A program made the position numbers and the translations under genes. From positions 37,687 through 61,686 of the forward strand of contig NZ_CANMZV010000016.1 in NCBI RefSeq assembly GCF_947502415.1: 24,000 nt of DNA. The letters run 5' to 3'. This document shows, piece by piece, positions 1 through 7,626 of the stretch. Positions within the stretch are counted from its first letter, which is position 1, and each line of letters opens with the position of its first letter. Below the pieces are notes generated by a model that was given only the letters and a program-made list of their open reading frames with translations, had not been told where the DNA came from and did no database searches. The stretch is from an uncultured Photobacterium sp. Its GTDB lineage: Bacteria > Pseudomonadota > Gammaproteobacteria > Enterobacterales > Vibrionaceae.

Positions 1-1
1 T

Positions 2-304
2 GAACCAAAAGAGCCGGAACTACTGACCAACCAGATGGAAAACAGCAGTGATATCTTTGAATCTGACGCACCTCAGCAAGAGGATGCAAAGCCAGAAACA
101 CCAAAGATACCAAAGACATCTTATGAAAAAGCCATCGACGCGTTGAGTAACAATCAAGTTAACTGCACCAAACGAGCTGTAACCCGCTTCCTAAAAATCA
201 GCAGCGAAGAAGTCGACGAAATCTTCAAGCTACTGTTGGAAGATGGTATTGTCAGTAAGAAACCCAACAACCACTATCAGTGGCACGGAGTATCTGAAAG
301 CTAG
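2..304 (+). CDS. Partial CDS (3' end only); unknown protein with an acidic/Pro-Lys-rich linker and a winged-helix-like C-terminal segment
   Basis: The frame is open from the window edge, with no stop between position 2 and the ATG at 35. The stop is at 302-304. The C-terminal ~55 aa (YEKAIDALS...RAVTRFLKISSEEVDEIFKLLLEDGIVSKK) has a helix-turn-helix/wing pattern reminiscent of FtsK-gamma-like wHTH domains. An intrinsic terminator follows directly. Confidence 0.45.
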   Translation, partial: EPKEPELLTNQMENSSDIFESDAPQQEDAKPETPKIPKTSYEKAIDALSNNQVNCTKRAVTRFLKISSEEVDEIFKLLLEDGIVSKKPNNHYQWHGVSES

Positions 305-323
305 GTTTCAGGCCAGATAAAAC

Positions 324-360
324 AGCCCGCTATACTTGGTAAGTACTGCGGGCTTTTTCT
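324..360 (+). terminator. Rho-independent terminator
   Basis: Stem AGCCCGC (324-330) pairs with GCGGGCT (348-354). An inner TACTT/AAGTA pairing extends it, and a TTTTT run follows. Confidence 0.6.
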
Positions 361-515
361 TGCAATCCATTTTATCTACACGACGTTCCTGCCAAGTAGT
401 TAGCAACAATTATCCGATAGATGCTACTACGCACATATAAATAAGACTACGCAGAATAGCAGCAATCACAATACAATTAGCTACATAGAATAATCATCTT
501 TCAAGGCTATCGGAC

Positions 516-2084
516 ATGGAGCCCCAAAATTTTGCCAAGCCTTTTTATCTCTTGCTGCCTCAGCTTACTCACCATATTAACTTCAGGCTTCTTAAGCTCA
601 GTCTGATAGGTACACTGCTTGTCGGCTGCGCTCAACAAATACACCATGAAAAAGAATTCAGTACCGCCATTCCACTCAACCGCAACACAACGTTAGCCAC
701 CTATAGCCGTCCATACCTTGTTGGCACCCCTAACCTCTCAGGGTTTTATCCTCTTGGTGACGGACAGGAAGCGCTGCTGGCGCGGCTCGCCTTAATCCAG
801 AGTGCTGAAAGTAGTATTGATCTTCAGTACTACATCTACCGTGACGACCATACCAGCTCACTGATGACATGGGCGCTCTACCAGGCAGCCGAACGAGGTG
901 TTCGCGTTCGTATATTGCTCGATGACATGCAAGCCCGAGATGATAACGTACTGGCAACCCTCTCCAGCCACCCCAACATTAAACTACGCCTTTTTAATCC
1001 TTTTACGCAACGGACTTTCCGGATGCTCGGATTTGTCGGAGATTTCGACCGCCTGAATCGTCGCATGCACAATAAAGCACTTGTCGCAGATAGCGCCTTT
1101 GCTGTAACCGGAGGCAGAAATATCGGTGACGAATATTTTGCCGCTAACGATGCCGTTGATTTCGGTGATTTTGACCTGCTCCTAATTGGCTCCGCGGTTC
1201 CTGATATCGCCCGTCAGTTTGACCTGTACTGGAACAGCCGCCCAGCCACACCTATCGAGCATCTGGTGGATAATATTCAACCTCCCACACGAGTGCAGCT
1301 ATCACAGTGGCAACAATCATTAGAGAACCGCTTCAAAAATTCAGATTATATCAACGCATTATCCGATCTACCGCTTGCCCAGGAAGTAAAAAATCAATCT
1401 CTGAATTTTTATCTGGCTGAGGCTGAAGTGATTTATGACATGCCATCAAAAGTCTATGCCAAAGATACCAATGCACTGTTACTACACCAGATCTCAGCCG
1501 TCTTACAGCAAGCAAAATCTGACTTTTTGCTGATATCACCTTATTTTGTTCCGACTCAAAACGGCACGGAAGCATTAGTTGAGGCAGCAAGAAAAGGGAT
1601 TAATGTCACCATAATTACTAACTCACTCGCCTCGAATGATGTTTTTGCCGTTCATGGCTGGTATGCGAAATACCGTAAACCACTACTCAAAGGTGGCGTG
1701 AAACTTTACGAAGTTAAAGTCGATTCCAGCCTCAAGAAAGATCGCTCATGGCTAGGTAGCTCCCGAACCAGCCTGCATGCAAAAACATTTATCATTGACC
1801 AGCACAAGATTTTTGTCGGCTCATTTAACTTCGATCCGCGTTCGGCGTATATCAATACTGAAATGGGCGTTTTTCTTGATACACCTGAATTTGTCGAATA
1901 TATTTATCAACAAATGGGAATAGGGCTCATAAAAAACACTTATCGCCTAGAGCTGAATGATGACGAGATTATTTGGGTTGATGACCATACAGGCGTCCGT
2001 TATACCTCAGAGCCCTACGCTGGCTTTTGGTCTCGGTTAGGCGCTTGGTTTTCTGGCCTGATGCCTATCGAAAGCCAGCTATAA
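516..2084 (+). CDS. Phospholipase D family protein (cardiolipin-synthase-like fold), probable lipoprotein
   Basis: There are two HKD motifs, HNKALVADSAFAVTGGRNIGDEY and HAKTFIIDQHKIFVGSFNFDPRS. The hydrophobic N-terminus ends in the lipobox-like LLVGC. The ORF is 522 aa and uninterrupted. Confidence 0.85.
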   Translation: MEPQNFAKPFYLLLPQLTHHINFRLLKLSLIGTLLVGCAQQIHHEKEFSTAIPLNRNTTLATYSRPYLVGTPNLSGFYPLGDGQEALLARLALIQSAESSIDLQYYIYRDDHTSSLMTWALYQAAERGVRVRILLDDMQARDDNVLATLSSHPNIKLRLFNPFTQRTFRMLGFVGDFDRLNRRMHNKALVADSAFAVTGGRNIGDEYFAANDAVDFGDFDLLLIGSAVPDIARQFDLYWNSRPATPIEHLVDNIQPPTRVQLSQWQQSLENRFKNSDYINALSDLPLAQEVKNQSLNFYLAEAEVIYDMPSKVYAKDTNALLLHQISAVLQQAKSDFLLISPYFVPTQNGTEALVEAARKGINVTIITNSLASNDVFAVHGWYAKYRKPLLKGGVKLYEVKVDSSLKKDRSWLGSSRTSLHAKTFIIDQHKIFVGSFNFDPRSAYINTEMGVFLDTPEFVEYIYQQMGIGLIKNTYRLELNDDEIIWVDDHTGVRYTSEPYAGFWSRLGAWFSGLMPIESQL

Positions 2085-2144
2085 CGGCTCAACTCGGCAA
2101 GACCGACCTTTGCCAACTCATACCCTGAGAGAATTCTACGGCAG

Positions 2145-3221
2145 TCAATTATCTTCCGCACCCAGCACGCCCCGGCGGATCTGATCCAGCTCAATGGATT
2201 CAAACAGCGCCTGGAAATTGCCTTCACCAAACCCCTGATTCCCCTTACGCTGAATGATTTCAAAGAAAACAGGACCAATTACGGTATCTGTAAAGATCTG
2301 AAGCAAAATGCCGGTCTCATCACCATCTATCAAGATCTTCAATTCATTCAAACGGGCAACATCTTCCTGATGCCCGGGAAGGCGTTTGTTAACGTTCTCA
2401 TAATAGGTATCCGGCGTATCCATAAAGGCCAGACCGCCATCTTTAAGCTTCTGCACCGTGGTATAAATATCCTGAGTACTTAAAGCGATATGCTGAATCC
2501 CCTCGCCATTATATTGCTCCAGATATTCCGCAATCTGAGACTTATCATCCCTCGATTCATTGATCGGTATCCGGATCTTGCCGCAAGGTGATGTCATTGC
2601 CCGTGACAGCAGGCCGGTCATCTTACCCTTAATATCGAAATGGCGAATTTCCCTGAAATTAGCAATCCTTTCATAAAAAACAGCCCAAACATCCATATTG
2701 CCGCGTTTGACGTTATGGGTAAGGTGATCAATCACTTCCAGGCCAGCATCCTGTTTATCCATCCTCGCTAAGTAATCAGGGTAATAATCGAAATCAATCT
2801 CGTAAATATCATGCTCACCATAACGATCTACCAGATAAATCAATGAGTCACCGATACCGTAAATCGCCGGGATATTCAGCTCCATAGGCCCGGTCTGCGG
2901 GGCACAAATTTTTGCTCCTTTATTAACAGCATAGGCAAGTGCCTGACCGGAGTCGCCCACACGAAACGCCATCGCATTAACACTGGCACCATGCAATCCT
3001 GCAAAACCTGCAGCCTGTGAATGTGATTCACCATTTACAATGAAGTTAATATCACCCTGCCGATACAACCAGACCACCTTGTGCTTATGCTTAGCAACTT
3101 CAGCAAAGCCCATCAGGCGGAACAGGTTCTTCAGCTTTGCTATCCCCTCTGGTGTTGGCGCTGTATATTCAACAAATTCAAAGCCATCCGTTCCCATCGG
3201 ATTATCAATTATCTTGCTCAT
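2145..3221 (-). CDS. hppD: 4-hydroxyphenylpyruvate dioxygenase
   Basis: Full-length similarity to HppD/legiolysin-type enzymes (NPMGTDGFEFVEY..., GIQHIAL, FFEIIQRKG..GFGEGNFQALFESIE). The ORF track begins at a GTG at 3236. I prefer the ATG at 3221 (MSKIID...) because GAGGA lies 8 nt upstream of it. Confidence 0.9.
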   Translation of the reverse strand: MSKIIDNPMGTDGFEFVEYTAPTPEGIAKLKNLFRLMGFAEVAKHKHKVVWLYRQGDINFIVNGESHSQAAGFAGLHGASVNAMAFRVGDSGQALAYAVNKGAKICAPQTGPMELNIPAIYGIGDSLIYLVDRYGEHDIYEIDFDYYPDYLARMDKQDAGLEVIDHLTHNVKRGNMDVWAVFYERIANFREIRHFDIKGKMTGLLSRAMTSPCGKIRIPINESRDDKSQIAEYLEQYNGEGIQHIALSTQDIYTTVQKLKDGGLAFMDTPDTYYENVNKRLPGHQEDVARLNELKILIDGDETGILLQIFTDTVIGPVFFEIIQRKGNQGFGEGNFQALFESIELDQIRRGVLGAEDN

Positions 3222-3526
3222 CCGCATGATCCTCACTTGCTATGATCAATAAGCGTGATCATTCAAACCTGTTACTTATTAATAGGATTAGCAGTTACGG
3301 CATAAGATGAGACATTTGAACCCGAAAGCCTGTTAAGCCAATGTAAATAACGTACGTAAACTCAAATTGCCACTTAAAAAAGTAACCCTACGTAGCATTT
3401 CAACCTGCGCTTCAAGCTAATTTTAGGCCGATGGTAATTAGTAACTTTGCAATCTCGATACCAGTTTCAGAAGCTTTACTCCTCACCTCTAAAGTAGCGA
3501 CTAAGATTTAGTAAAGAGGTGAAAAA

Positions 3527-4498
3527 ATGAATGTAAACAAGCGTGATCAGCTCAAATTACCCAAAAAGAAAAAACCTGAAATATCACTGTCAGCAAACGC
3601 TGACATTTATCTGCCTACTTTCCATTTCTTAAAATCAGAATACAACCATGCCAGACAGCATGAAAAAGGCATTATCCGAGATGATGACGTTGAGTTTCTG
3701 CATCAATACCGGGTTGCCCTCAGGCGCAGCCGTGCATTAATAAGCCTGCTAAAATCCCTGTTCAAACCTGAACAGAAAAACATGCTAAAAGCAGAGCTCA
3801 AAACCATGATGTTAGAAACGAATCTGCTCAGGGATTTGGATGTTTTCCTTATTAAAATGGATGACTACTTCTCATGCCTTGATCACCAGTATCACCAAGG
3901 ACTGACCTGTTTTTTTGACGAATTACAGCACATGCGGAGGAAAACCCACAAAGAACTAAAAAAATGGCTGCGTTCAGATAACTATGACCAACAATGCCAG
4001 TTAGTTAAAGGACTCATTGCCGAACTTGAATTCTGCACAACAGCAAAGGGGCATGCTCACAGCCAGGATTTCGGTAGAGATATAATCTGGAAACATTTTG
4101 ATGAAGTACAAACACTTTGTAATGAACTAACAAGCAACAGTCCGGATCAATCTATCCACGAGCTGCGTATTTGCTGTAAGAAACTACGCTATCTATTGGA
4201 GTATTTCTCCCCAATATTTCCAACAAAAGTCGGCAAAGAACAAATAAAACACCTGAAGCAGCTACAGGATGAACTCGGTGAATTTAATGATTCATCCGTT
4301 CAGCAGCACTTTTTTGAGCATTACCTTAACGATCATCCTGCATCAAACCCAAGCCACGAGGCCATTTCCCAGCTAAAAGCCATCACAGAACGTCACCACA
4401 AAGAGACAAAAAAGCAGGTTATACATCAAATAGGACTTTTTACACATCCTAAGAATATCAAAAGCTACAAAGCCTTATATTTCGCAGGAGCTAAATAA
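3527..4498 (+). CDS. CHAD domain-containing protein (stand-alone, no CYTH domain)
   Basis: Characteristic CHAD motifs are present: HQYRVALRRSRALISLLK, LLRDLDVF and IHELRICCKKLRYLLEYF. AGAGG RBS lies upstream of the ATG. Confidence 0.8.
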   Translation: MNVNKRDQLKLPKKKKPEISLSANADIYLPTFHFLKSEYNHARQHEKGIIRDDDVEFLHQYRVALRRSRALISLLKSLFKPEQKNMLKAELKTMMLETNLLRDLDVFLIKMDDYFSCLDHQYHQGLTCFFDELQHMRRKTHKELKKWLRSDNYDQQCQLVKGLIAELEFCTTAKGHAHSQDFGRDIIWKHFDEVQTLCNELTSNSPDQSIHELRICCKKLRYLLEYFSPIFPTKVGKEQIKHLKQLQDELGEFNDSSVQQHFFEHYLNDHPASNPSHEAISQLKAITERHHKETKKQVIHQIGLFTHPKNIKSYKALYFAGAK

Positions 4499-4501
4499 GA
4501 A

Positions 4502-4522
4502 AAGCCTGACAATATCAGGCTT
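4502..4522. terminator. Bidirectional intrinsic terminator between convergent genes
   Basis: Stem AAGCCTGA (4502-4509) pairs with TCAGGCTT (4515-4522), with a 5-nt loop. The T-rich tract is good on the minus strand (TTTTCTTATTT) and weaker on the plus strand (TTTATATATA). Confidence 0.6.
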
Positions 4523-4562
4523 TATATATAACAACCTACAATAAAGACCAGCTTCTTAAGCC

Positions 4563-5045
4563 TTACGCCTTCAATTCGCGAACAATATCTTGCTCTATAG
4601 ATTCCGGCGCTTTATTCGGGGCAAAACGTTTAATCGGTTTACCATTACGGCCAATCAAAAACTTGGTAAAGTTCCATTTTATTTTTTGACCAAATAATCC
4701 TGGCAATGCTTTCTTCAAATACTGGAAGACTTCGTGGCTTTCTGAACCGTTAACATCAACCTTCTCAAACATCTGGAAATCAACACCGTAGTTTATCTGG
4801 CAAGCTTCAGCTATTTGCTGATTTTCACCCGGCTCCTGACCACCAAATTGATTACATGGAAATCCCAAGATAACCAACCCTTCATCTTTATATTTGGCAT
4901 AAAGCTCCTGCAGCCCTTTATATTGATGAGTAAAACCGCATTCACTAGCCGTATTCACTACCAGCACTACTTGGCCAGCGTATTCATTCATGGAAATTTC
5001 CTCACCGCGAATACTATTCGCAGAGAGTTCATAAAACGTCGTCAT
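4563..5045 (-). CDS. Glutathione peroxidase (BtuE-like, Cys-type)
   Basis: GPx signature NTASECGFT...LGFPCNQFGGQEPG...WNFTKFL. GGAGAAAGG RBS lies upstream. Confidence 0.9.
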   Translation of the reverse strand: MTTFYELSANSIRGEEISMNEYAGQVVLVVNTASECGFTHQYKGLQELYAKYKDEGLVILGFPCNQFGGQEPGENQQIAEACQINYGVDFQMFEKVDVNGSESHEVFQYLKKALPGLFGQKIKWNFTKFLIGRNGKPIKRFAPNKAPESIEQDIVRELKA

Positions 5046-5204
5046 TACCTTTCTCCATTAGCGGAAAAACATTACAAAAAAGCCACCAGCACTAACGCAT
5101 CCCCCCAATTTAGCAAATTTGATTAGAATGATTATTCTATTTATCAATCACAAACAAACAAATACGGAAACAAACGCTAAGAGTAGTCATTAAAACCATT
5201 TAAA

Positions 5205-5218
5205 TTCAACAAGTTGAA
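5205..5218. promoter_or_regulatory. Candidate operator dyad TTCAA-CAAG-TTGAA (distal site in the gpx / yhfZ-like divergent intergenic region)
   Basis: A perfect 5-bp inverted repeat with a 4-bp spacer. It has the same arms and spacing as the sites at 5400-5413 and 14379-14392. Confidence 0.4.
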
Positions 5219-5351
5219 AACAAACACCATCACTCACCCCAGCTCATTCTTTCAAATGTTTTTTTATATTAAGTTCTGAAATGTAAGGCATTCACAATAT
5301 TTGCTACCCCCATCACGCCCTAAAAGCTTAAGTAAGAGCTAGATCTCATAT

Positions 5352-5372
5352 TCTATAAACTGGTCTATAAAC
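5352..5372 (+). promoter_or_regulatory. Tandem direct repeat TCTATAAAC x2 (12-nt period) containing ACTGGTCTA; candidate GntR-type operator
   Basis: TCTATAAAC occurs at 5352-5360 and 5364-5372, about 60-80 nt upstream of the yhfZ-like start. The GTCTATA core resembles HutC/GntR half-sites. Confidence 0.3.
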
Positions 5373-5399
5373 AAGCAGTTTTTGTTGTTATTTTAAACA

Positions 5400-5413
5400 T
5401 TCAAAATATTGAA
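5400..5413. promoter_or_regulatory. Candidate operator dyad TTCAA-AATA-TTGAA immediately upstream of the yhfZ-like start codon
   Basis: A perfect inverted repeat whose 14-mer is identical to the reverse complement of 14379-14392. The surrounding 26 nt (5399-5424) match 14334-14359 at 23/26 positions. Confidence 0.5.
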
Positions 5414-5431
5414 GATTAAAATATTGTTACT

Positions 5432-6328
5432 ATGACAACTCAATACATCAGCAAAGAAGGGGCCGCAATAATTAATATTGCGCGGTATTTAATGACAACT
5501 TCAGTCAATGACCGACTGAGGACCATAGACTCTTTATCTGAAGATATTGGAGTTTCCGTCGGCTTTATTCAAAAAGCATTAAGCACGATAGAAAAACAAG
5601 GCGCTGTCGTATTATCCAAACAGGGCAGGAATGGCACTTTCATTTCTAAACTGGATTATCAGGCTCTGGTTAAGCTTGCCGGTTTTTTCCATGTTGTATG
5701 CGCTATGCCCCTCCCCTACACCAAGCATTATGAGGGCCTTGCCAGCGGACTAAAAAAACAAATTGGAGATTTGCCGCTGTATTTTGCCCACATGCGCGGC
5801 GCAGATGTGCGGGCGGAATGCCTAAAAGCCGGCACTTATGATATTGCCATTATGTCCAAACTGGCGGCGCAAACCTACTCTGACAGCTTTGTTACAGCCA
5901 TAGACCTTGGCAGAAACTCCTATTCGCATGAGCACAGACTTATTTACCGAAGTGGCGAATACGACACAATCAAAAAAGTTGGTGTCGACCAGGATTCACC
6001 AGACCAAAAAATACTCACTCAACTTGTGTTTGAGCATAAGCCAGTAGAAATCGTCGAAATCAATTACGCAGACAGCCTTACACACCTATTACATGGTGAA
6101 ATCGATGCTGTTGTCTGGCTACCTGAAGCTATCGATATGGAAAAATACGGCCTGACGGAACAACCGCTGGATCATATCAAGCAGTGTACCTTAGCCTCTG
6201 AAGCGGTAATGCTGGTCAGCGGGGAAGCGCCGCACATCAGCACGCTGCTCCGTAAGTTAATCAATATTCCTGAGTTACTCGACCACCAACAGCAAGTTGT
6301 CAGGGGCGACATTACCCCTAGCTACTAA
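5432..6328 (+). CDS. yhfZ: YhfZ-like transcriptional regulator (GntR-like wHTH N-terminus plus YhfZ-type C-terminal domain)
   Basis: The N-terminal wHTH (IDSLSEDIGVSVGFIQKALSTIEKQGAVVLSKQGRNGTFI) is followed by a ~220-aa domain. The size (298 aa), and its position at the head of a yhfY-php-yhfU-yhfT-yhfX-yhfW set, match E. coli YhfZ as I recall it. There is no obvious Shine-Dalgarno sequence. Confidence 0.7.
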   Translation: MTTQYISKEGAAIINIARYLMTTSVNDRLRTIDSLSEDIGVSVGFIQKALSTIEKQGAVVLSKQGRNGTFISKLDYQALVKLAGFFHVVCAMPLPYTKHYEGLASGLKKQIGDLPLYFAHMRGADVRAECLKAGTYDIAIMSKLAAQTYSDSFVTAIDLGRNSYSHEHRLIYRSGEYDTIKKVGVDQDSPDQKILTQLVFEHKPVEIVEINYADSLTHLLHGEIDAVVWLPEAIDMEKYGLTEQPLDHIKQCTLASEAVMLVSGEAPHISTLLRKLINIPELLDHQQQVVRGDITPSY

Positions 6329-6349
6329 TTCATACAACAGGAGTGCGCA

Positions 6350-6727
6350 ATGAAGGATCGCCTAACCTTGTTACTACAAGCCAATGTAATCAGCCAGGAT
6401 GCTTATCAGGCTACCTCTTTGGCCGTAGAGCTTATTTCCCGCCATCTCAATGTTGATGAGAGTAATGAACAGTACCAAATGGCCATGACGCATTTGGCAA
6501 GGGCTTATGATCGTATCAAGTCTGGTGATCCTATTGCCGAAGGCTTAGACCCGGACATTTTCGATGAAATTATATCGGACGAGGGTTTTGAACAAATCAA
6601 CGCCCTGAATCAGGAAATACTTGATTCACTTAATATCAGCAATGTTCCGGAAACAGAAAACTCATTTTTACTGAGCAACCTCTTTTCACTGCACTGTGCA
6701 AGCCAAACCAAGGAGGCTGCATGTTGA
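6350..6727 (+). CDS. yhfY: YhfY-like stand-alone PRD-domain protein
   Basis: 125 aa. It has a PRD-like helix with a conserved His (MAMTHLARAYDRIKSG). AGGAG RBS is present. Its stop overlaps the php start (ATGTTGA). Confidence 0.65.
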   Translation: MKDRLTLLLQANVISQDAYQATSLAVELISRHLNVDESNEQYQMAMTHLARAYDRIKSGDPIAEGLDPDIFDEIISDEGFEQINALNQEILDSLNISNVPETENSFLLSNLFSLHCASQTKEAAC

Positions 6728-7599
6728 TTAATAATGCAGGCTATACCTACTGCCATGAGCACCTACATATCGATTTATCACCACAAAAAGGTGATATCGA
6801 CTGTCGTCTTGATCAATATGAACTGATCAAAGATGAAATGCGCGATCTTATTGATCATGGCGTTTATAACATTATCGAAGTAACAAATTCCTTTATGGGA
6901 AGAAATCCTCAATTTATTGAAAGTTTAATATTCGAAACAGGAATAAATGTACTCCTGTCGACCGGATATTACATTGATGGCTTCTTTCCACCTGAGCTTT
7001 ATTCCAAATCAGCCCAACAGATTAGTCAGGAGATGATTAGGGAAATCATTGTCGGCATTGATGGTAGCAACCTTAAAGCCAGTGTCATCGGCGAAATCGG
7101 CAGCAGCGAAAACACCTTCACCGAAACCGAAAAAACTGTCTTTGAAGCTGCGGCAATGGCTCACTACGAAACAGGCCGTCCAATCTCTACCCACCAGTCC
7201 ATGAGCACAATGGGGCGACAGCAAATCGAGTTGTTCAAAAACTTCGGTGTTGATATGGAAAAGGTGACTATCGGCCACTGTGACCTGAAAGATAACCTTG
7301 ATGAAATTCTCTGGTTACTTGACCAGGGCTGCCACATCCAATTCGACACTATCGGTAAAAACTCTTACTACCCGGATACCAAGCGCTTAGCAATGCTCAA
7401 AGCACTGTCCGAGCGCGGTTTACTCGATCGGGTGATGTTATCAATGGATATCACCCGTCGTTCGCACCTGAAACAAAATGGCGGACTGGGCTTTTGCTAC
7501 CTGATCGAAACCTTTGTACCGATGCTCAAAGAAATTGGCATCAGTCAGGTAGAAATCAACGCCATGTTAAAGCACAACCCCTACACACTTTTCCAATAA
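6721..7599 (+). CDS. php: Phosphotriesterase homology protein (amidohydrolase superfamily, cog1735)
   Basis: N-terminal metal-binding HxH motif (GYTYCHEHLHIDLS). 292 aa. TIM-barrel amidohydrolase pattern with later His/Asp ligands (GHCD, SMDI). Confidence 0.85.
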   Translation: MLINNAGYTYCHEHLHIDLSPQKGDIDCRLDQYELIKDEMRDLIDHGVYNIIEVTNSFMGRNPQFIESLIFETGINVLLSTGYYIDGFFPPELYSKSAQQISQEMIREIIVGIDGSNLKASVIGEIGSSENTFTETEKTVFEAAAMAHYETGRPISTHQSMSTMGRQQIELFKNFGVDMEKVTIGHCDLKDNLDEILWLLDQGCHIQFDTIGKNSYYPDTKRLAMLKALSERGLLDRVMLSMDITRRSHLKQNGGLGFCYLIETFVPMLKEIGISQVEINAMLKHNPYTLFQ

Positions 7600-7626
7600 A
7601 AATAAGTTAAACAGAAGGTTCCCGTT

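Noticed and set aside
2085-2144. Possible terminator between the convergent PLD-family gene and hppD (GGCAA ... TTGCC)
   Set aside because: The stem is only 5 bp, the loop is 9 nt, and there is no T-tract on either strand.
3040-3252. 70-aa plus-strand ORF overlapping the hppD 5' end; also the antisense ORFs at 730-1072, 1351-1590 and 2015-2278
   Set aside because: They are antisense to confidently identified genes (hppD, PLD family) and have no independent support.
3342-3360. TyrR box upstream of hppD
   Set aside because: Only one half-site (TGTAAA) is present. The expected TTTACA partner at N6 spacing is absent.
5290-5303. ATTCACAATATTTG as a fifth copy of the dyad
   Set aside because: The left arm and spacer are similar (TTCAC-AATA), but the right arm (TTTGC) matches at only 2 of 5 positions. 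It may be a degenerate relic at best.
5400-5413. Reading the TTCAA-N4-TTGAA dyad as an FNR, CRP or NagC/Mlc site
   Set aside because: FNR is TTGAT-N4-ATCAA, which has the opposite half-site polarity. CRP is TGTGA-N6-TCACA. Neither the arms nor the spacing fit, so I leave the cognate factor unassigned.
5399-5424. Reading the shared 26-nt segment simply as a sigma70 promoter
   Set aside because: -10-like hexamers exist (TAAAAT at 5417-5422, AAGAAT at 14352-14357), but no reasonable -35 lies at 16-18 nt spacing in either copy. A promoter role is possible but not supported well enough to annotate.
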